This document shows, piece by piece, positions 35,978 to 40,907 of a stretch of 40,907 bases of DNA (its first letter is position 1; each line of letters opens with the position of its first letter). The translations under genes were made by a program, and so were the position numbers. Source of the DNA: Candidatus Krumholzibacteriia bacterium (lineage in GTDB: Bacteria > Krumholzibacteriota > Krumholzibacteriia > WVZY01). The stretch covers positions 1 to 40,907 of the forward strand of contig JBHHVD010000020.1 of the NCBI GenBank assembly GCA_046754105.1, given 5' to 3'. Below the pieces are notes generated by a model. It saw only the letters and a program-made list of their open reading frames with translations, was not told where the DNA came from and ran no database searches.

Positions 35978-36832
35978 TTACGGCATTTCCTCGTCCGAAA
36001 CGTATTTTCTCACTTCATCGCTCGTCATGGTGCCACGTGTGAACCGCTGGTAGGAGCCGTATTCCAGCAGGTCGGCGGCGACGTTTTTCATCGCCGTTAA
36101 CCCGGTCTTGAGAAAACCAGGGCCCAGGCTGAGGCGGTTGATCCGCGCCGCTTCCAGTTCGCGCATCGAGGCGGTGCCTTCCGCCGCGTAGACGTTGATC
36201 GGCGCCCGCGTCTCCTCGCGGATCATCTTCAACGTCTCGATGTCGCCGACCGTGATGGGATAAACACAGTCGGCACCCGCCTCGAAGTACGCCTGCGCGC
36301 GGGCGATCGTTTCCGCCACCTTGTCCGCGTGCGAACCCTGCACACCACCCATGAACGTGTCGATACGCGCGTTTATCACCAGCGGTACCCCCTCCCGCTG
36401 CGCCATCGCCCGCACCGCGCGGATTCGCGCGCACTGAAAGTCCACGCGCAGCAGCGGGCCACCCTCCACGGTGCTGTCTTCGAGGTTGATCCCTACGGCG
36501 CCGGCGCGGAGCACGCGTTGGACGTTCTTCGCCACCGCGTCGGGGCTCTCGGCGTAGCCGCGTTCGATGTCAGCGCTCAGCGGCACGTTGACGGACGCGG
36601 CGATGCGGCCGATCACATCGAGCATCGCGTCGAAACGAATCTTTTCGCCGTCATCGTATCCCAGCGAGAACGCCACGGCGGCGCTGGCCGTGGCGACGGC
36701 GGGAAAACCCATGCCTTCGAGGAGACGCGCACCCAGCGGGTCCCAGATATTCGGCAGCACGAGGAGTCTCGGATCGTGATGGAGGATCAGAAAATCCTCC
36801 GCCCTCTTGATCTGCTGTTTCTTGTCCATCAC
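35978..36832 (-). CDS. Isocitrate lyase / PEP mutase family protein
   Basis: LPNIWD, ATASAAVA, SADIERGY, GINLED, INARID, AGADCVY. Confidence 0.92.
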   Translation of the reverse strand: MMDKKQQIKRAEDFLILHHDPRLLVLPNIWDPLGARLLEGMGFPAVATASAAVAFSLGYDDGEKIRFDAMLDVIGRIAASVNVPLSADIERGYAESPDAVAKNVQRVLRAGAVGINLEDSTVEGGPLLRVDFQCARIRAVRAMAQREGVPLVINARIDTFMGGVQGSHADKVAETIARAQAYFEAGADCVYPITVGDIETLKMIREETRAPINVYAAEGTASMRELEAARINRLSLGPGFLKTGLTAMKNVAADLLEYGSYQRFTRGTMTSDEVRKYVSDEEMP

Positions 36833-36892
36833 GGCGCGCGCACGCGCGGGGTTACGGCAGGCGGCCCGTTGCCAGACCGATCCGGTTCGGGG

Positions 36893-37250
36893 TCACGCTG
36901 CCTCGCTGTCCGCACTGTACCACAAAAGGAAGTGGCCATCGACGTTGGGTGCGATCGATGACCGGACGGCCGCCGCGGGGTGTTCGAGGTCCCCGGAGTC
37001 AAACGGCAGCGGGACAAGAACATCCGAGCTTGGAACGAGGATGGGTAGCGCGGGTCGGCCCCAGGTGAGCCCGTCGGCGCTCGCCGCGAAGCCGATGGTT
37101 TTTGCACGTTCCCTTTCATATTTCTTCGCAGAGCGGCCCACGAGGGTGGCCACGCCATGGGGCGGGCGCACAGCACCGACGCCCTTCATCTCATGGTTGC
37201 GGGCCAGGGGGTGGTGGTCGGTCCGCCCAACGCGGATGAAATCCTGCTGT
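36893..37250 (-). pseudogene. Possible fragment of a beta-propeller glycoside hydrolase-like gene
   Basis: One blade-like segment IGFAASADGLTW...PIL...FDS..LEHP...DGHFLLWYS, bounded by in-frame stops. Confidence 0.4.
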
Positions 37251-37397
37251 TAAGAACGATGTATCACCTCCCCAGGGGCATCAACCTCGGCGGATACGTT
37301 CTGGACTGAGCATCCTCCAGGCTCCAACGGATTTGTGGCCGGGAGAACGCGGCGTTTTCCCGGCCACAACGAAAGGATTTCGGGGAACGAGAAACAC

Positions 37398-39575
37398 CTA
37401 GCGGTTCTCGTTCGATCCAGCCTCCGATCCGAGGTACATGGCCTTGACCCGGCCCCAGGTGGTGTCCTCCACCGGCGTCGGCGCCGCCAGGCAGGCGCAG
37501 CTCGCATTCGGGTTGATAAAACAAGCCGAGCCGTCCCCGAAAACCAAAGACCCCGAGCAATCGACGACCTCGATGTGACCGGACGGCGCGGCGGGGTCGG
37601 GAAGCACGGGGTACTGGCAGCACGTCGCCCCATTGGGCACGGTCACGAAATAATTGATCGTGAGTATATGGTTGGGCGACGGGATACAGCTGCCGTACGG
37701 AACGGCAACCCCCGTCTGCGAATTGCCGATCGTTACGGGCCAGTTGCTCGTATCCGACAGATAGACGCCGCCCGTCCAGCACGACGGCATGGGGGCGGCG
37801 AACTGGGCGGCGGTCGCGCCCGCCGTATTTTGATGGACCACGTACACGGAAACGAGGCCGATAGCCTTGGCATCGACGTTACAGTCGACACCGGTAGGAT
37901 CGGAATACAGGCCGATGACGCCGCCCGTGCCGGCCACCGGCCGGGTGAACTGCACGTCGACGTTGGCCACGCCACCGTTCGAATTGACCAGGATGGTCCC
38001 GGTCTGCTGTTGGACCGCCGGCACCGAATCCGGGTCGACCCGCACCGTTACCATGGCGTCCCCGCTGCCGGACGAGGATCCGACGATCTCAATCCAGGCC
38101 GCGCTCGGGGTCAACCACCAGTCCAGCGTTCCGACACCTGCGTTCGTGATGTTGAACGTGCGTTGTGTGTTGGTCGGCGAGAATGAAAGCTGGGTCGGAT
38201 TGACCGCCAGTATGGGAGAATTCGCTACGGTAAGCGTCACCGCCACGGTACCGCCGCCGCCATTCGACGCGATCGTCAGCGTGCCGCTGTATGTGCCGTC
38301 ACTGAGTCCGGTCCGGTCCACGCTCGCTGTCACCTGGCCGTCGTTGGTGCCGGATGCGGGACTGGCGGTCAGCCAGGCCCGGTCGCTCGTAACGCTCCAC
38401 TGGAGCTCTCCCCCTCCGGTGTTGGTTACGTCCACGGGCAGGCTGTTCGTCCCGCCGGGGAACGACAGCACCGCTGGTGAGAATGACAGGTTGGGCGCCT
38501 GCGAGGACACCGTCATCGCGATTACTACGCTCGCGATGCCGCCGTTCGAATTCACCTGGACGACGTCGGAGTACGGTCCGGGCGGCAGCCCCGTCCGGTC
38601 TACCGTGAGGGTGATGCTCGCGTTCCCGGACCCGTTGGACGGCGTGGCCGTCAGCCACGGTTCGTTGTGGGTAATGGTCCACGTAAGCAAACCGGAGCCG
38701 AAGTTGCTGATGCTGAAGCTTCGGCTCGTCAGCGTCGCGGCGAAATCCAGGTCGTTCGTGCTCAAACGCAAGAACGGGGTCGGGCCATCGATCTCCATCG
38801 TAACGGGCACGTCGGCCACGCCGCCGACGGAGACCACGTTGACGACTCCCGAGTGGGTTCCGGCCGGAAGTCCCCGGCGGTCTATCCACACCATTATGGG
38901 TCCGTCGCCCGCTCCGAACAGCGGGCTGGCCTTGATCCACGACACCGGATTCCGGAAAACCCGCCACGGCAGCGTCGGGTTGCCGTCGGTGCTGACTTGC
39001 AGTGTCAGGAGGCTGTCGAGACCGAAATCCAGAGTGGTCGGGCTGACAGTCAGAGGTGGCGGAGCGGGCGGCAAGGCACCCGGACAGTCGCAGGCGAGGC
39101 CGGAGTTGATATACGTCGTCCCGGAGCCGGCGTCCACGAGGTTGAACTCGCAGTCGGTGACGTTGACCTGCGACTCACCCGCCGCGGGCAGCGCCGTGTA
39201 GGCGCAGTCCATTCCGGTCGTTCCCGCAACGGCGTAGCGAATCGTGAGGATATGTTTCGAACCGAAAATACACGTGCCGTAACCGATCGCGACACCCGTT
39301 TGCGAGTCTCCGATCGTCACCGGAAACGGGTGCTCGTCCTTGAGCCACGTGGCGCCGACCATGCAGGCCGGCTTGGGCGCCGAGAATTGCGACGAACTCG
39401 CCCCCGGCGCGAAGCGGTGTATTACGTAAACACTGAGAAATCCCGGTGTGAGGTCGCTGAGATTACAGGCCTCGCCTTTGTCATCCGAAAAGAAACAGAT
39501 GGTGCCGCCAACTTGTGCGAATGCAGGACTCGAAGCGAGAAGGAAAAACAGAGCGGGGAGGAGAAACCGTTTCAT
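37398..39575 (-). CDS. Secreted protein: Cys-rich domain, four BACON-like repeats, second Cys-rich domain, TWG C-terminal motif
   Basis: Signal peptide ending AFA-Q; four repeats of L-x-x-S/N-P-x-x-L-x-F...L-x-W...W-L/I; ends PVEDTTWGRVKAMY; AAGGAGG RBS. Confidence 0.88.
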   Translation of the reverse strand: MKRFLLPALFFLLASSPAFAQVGGTICFFSDDKGEACNLSDLTPGFLSVYVIHRFAPGASSSQFSAPKPACMVGATWLKDEHPFPVTIGDSQTGVAIGYGTCIFGSKHILTIRYAVAGTTGMDCAYTALPAAGESQVNVTDCEFNLVDAGSGTTYINSGLACDCPGALPPAPPPLTVSPTTLDFGLDSLLTLQVSTDGNPTLPWRVFRNPVSWIKASPLFGAGDGPIMVWIDRRGLPAGTHSGVVNVVSVGGVADVPVTMEIDGPTPFLRLSTNDLDFAATLTSRSFSISNFGSGLLTWTITHNEPWLTATPSNGSGNASITLTVDRTGLPPGPYSDVVQVNSNGGIASVVIAMTVSSQAPNLSFSPAVLSFPGGTNSLPVDVTNTGGGELQWSVTSDRAWLTASPASGTNDGQVTASVDRTGLSDGTYSGTLTIASNGGGGTVAVTLTVANSPILAVNPTQLSFSPTNTQRTFNITNAGVGTLDWWLTPSAAWIEIVGSSSGSGDAMVTVRVDPDSVPAVQQQTGTILVNSNGGVANVDVQFTRPVAGTGGVIGLYSDPTGVDCNVDAKAIGLVSVYVVHQNTAGATAAQFAAPMPSCWTGGVYLSDTSNWPVTIGNSQTGVAVPYGSCIPSPNHILTINYFVTVPNGATCCQYPVLPDPAAPSGHIEVVDCSGSLVFGDGSACFINPNASCACLAAPTPVEDTTWGRVKAMYLGSEAGSNENR

Positions 39576-39686
39576 GGCGTTGCCTCCTTACGAGCGGGGG
39601 GCCTCTTCCGCCTAATGTCAGGTATACCATTTATTGTGGGGTGTCACCAACCGTTTTTTCCTGCCGGGGTACGGCCCGCCCTCGGG

Positions 39687-40907
39687 CTACCTTTTCTTCG
39701 GGCGGGACCCCGCTGCGTCCGCGCCGTAGTAGATCGCCTTGACCCGGCCCCACGTGGTCTCTTCGACGGGCAGCGCTGTGCCGCAAAGGCATCCTCCAGA
39801 GGGGTTTATGACGGCCTCGCGCCCGGTGCCGATGCCCAGCAGGTTGCTGCAGTCGACCACCTCTATCTGGCCCGAGGGCGCGCGCGGGTCGGGCAGCACG
39901 TCGTACGGACAGCAGAGGGCGCCGCCGCCCTGGACGAAGTAGTTGATGGTCAGGATGTGGATCGGGGACGCCAGGCAGGTGCCGTAGCCGATGGCGACGC
40001 CGGTCTGCGAGTTGCCGATCGCGATGGGCCACACGCCGGTATCCGACAGGTAGACGGCGCCCGTCCAGCATGCCGGAATCGGGGCCGCAAACTGGGAGGC
40101 CGTCGCTCCCGGCGTCAGCGTGTGGACGACGTACACCGGCAAGAGCCCCGGCGCCGCGTCCTGGAGGTTGCAGTCCGCGCCGGCCGGGTCGGCGAAGAGT
40201 CCGATCACGCCGGCGTTGCCGCCCGACGGCAGGCTGTAGCGCACGCTGACGGTGGCATTGCCCCCATTCGAGGTGACGGTGATTTCCCCAAGTTGCGTGC
40301 CGCCCGCGGGCACGGAGTCCGGGTTCACGATCACGATCACCTGCGCGTTCCCGGTTCCCGCAAGGGGCGGGACGATACTGATCCAGCTCGGGTTCGCCGC
40401 CAACGACCACTGCAGCGTACCCACGCCGGAGTTCAGGATATTGAAAGAACGCTGCGTGATCCCGGTCGAGAAATTCAGGCTGGTGGGGCTCACGAACAGG
40501 ACCGGATTGTTCGCAACCGCCATCGACACCGGCACGTTGCCGCTGCCGCCGTTGGACGTGATCGATAGGTTACCGTTGAAGGTCCCGTCCCCAAGACCCG
40601 TCGTGTCCACCTGCACGGTCACCTGCAGGTCGTTGTTCCCCGAAGCCGGGTTCACCGTCAACCACGGCTGATCGCTGGTGATATTCCAGTTCAGAACGAG
40701 CTGCCCCGCGTTGAAAATGTCCAGGGGCAGGCTGTGCGTGCCCACGGGAAAGAAAAGCGACGATGGAGAAAACCCGAGGATGGGCTGCGGGGAAACCACC
40801 GACAACGTCACGGGGACGATGCCGTTGCCGCCGTTCGATGTAATGTTCACGACTCCGTTATAGGTGCCGTCCGGCAACCCGGTCCGGTCCACATGCACGA
40901 TCACCTG
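39687..40907 (-). CDS. Paralogous BACON-repeat protein, 5' end outside the window
   Basis: Same repeats and Cys-rich domain; ends PVEETTWGRVKAIY; frame open to the window edge. Confidence 0.88.
   Translation of the reverse strand, partial: QVIVHVDRTGLPDGTYNGVVNITSNGGNGIVPVTLSVVSPQPILGFSPSSLFFPVGTHSLPLDIFNAGQLVLNWNITSDQPWLTVNPASGNNDLQVTVQVDTTGLGDGTFNGNLSITSNGGSGNVPVSMAVANNPVLFVSPTSLNFSTGITQRSFNILNSGVGTLQWSLAANPSWISIVPPLAGTGNAQVIVIVNPDSVPAGGTQLGEITVTSNGGNATVSVRYSLPSGGNAGVIGLFADPAGADCNLQDAAPGLLPVYVVHTLTPGATASQFAAPIPACWTGAVYLSDTGVWPIAIGNSQTGVAIGYGTCLASPIHILTINYFVQGGGALCCPYDVLPDPRAPSGQIEVVDCSNLLGIGTGREAVINPSGGCLCGTALPVEETTWGRVKAIYYGADAAGSRPKKR

Noticed and set aside
37398..40907. Diversity-generating retroelement template/variable repeats
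   Set aside because: Similar segments are paralogous coding domains with general divergence rather than adenine-specific changes; no reverse transcriptase in the window.

Overview
GC-rich bacterial chromosomal window of about 33 intact genes, mostly on the - strand, with no rRNA, tRNA, CRISPR array or transposase. The C-terminal TWG-x-x-KA-x-Y motif on two secreted proteins suggests an FCB-group lineage such as Ca. Krumholzibacteriota, Latescibacterota or Eisenbacteria (inference from recalled examples). (1) 711-8280: a cluster with sigma-54-type promoters encoding an MCP-like protein, a CheA-CheW-REC-like protein, a small HTH protein, a STAS-GAF-HD-GYP protein and a REC-GAF-HD-GYP protein. 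Nearly every catalytic or phospho-acceptor site is substituted except in the last gene. A candidate ~340-nt structured ncRNA follows it. (2) 8.5-19.3 kb: housekeeping genes (nitrilase, esterase, guaB, MgtC family, dcd, cysteine desulfurase, folE, two PTPS paralogues, trxB), a stand-alone histone-fold gene and a 6S-like RNA. (3) 19.4-37.3 kb: peptidases, an OMP, small VOC/cupin/DinB proteins, tnaA, ada, several truncated or internally deleted remnants, and a candidate sRNA with repeated anti-Shine-Dalgarno motifs. (4) 37.4-40.9 kb: two paralogous secreted BACON-repeat proteins. All calls come from manual motif reading and base-pairing by eye; no searches or folding programs were run.
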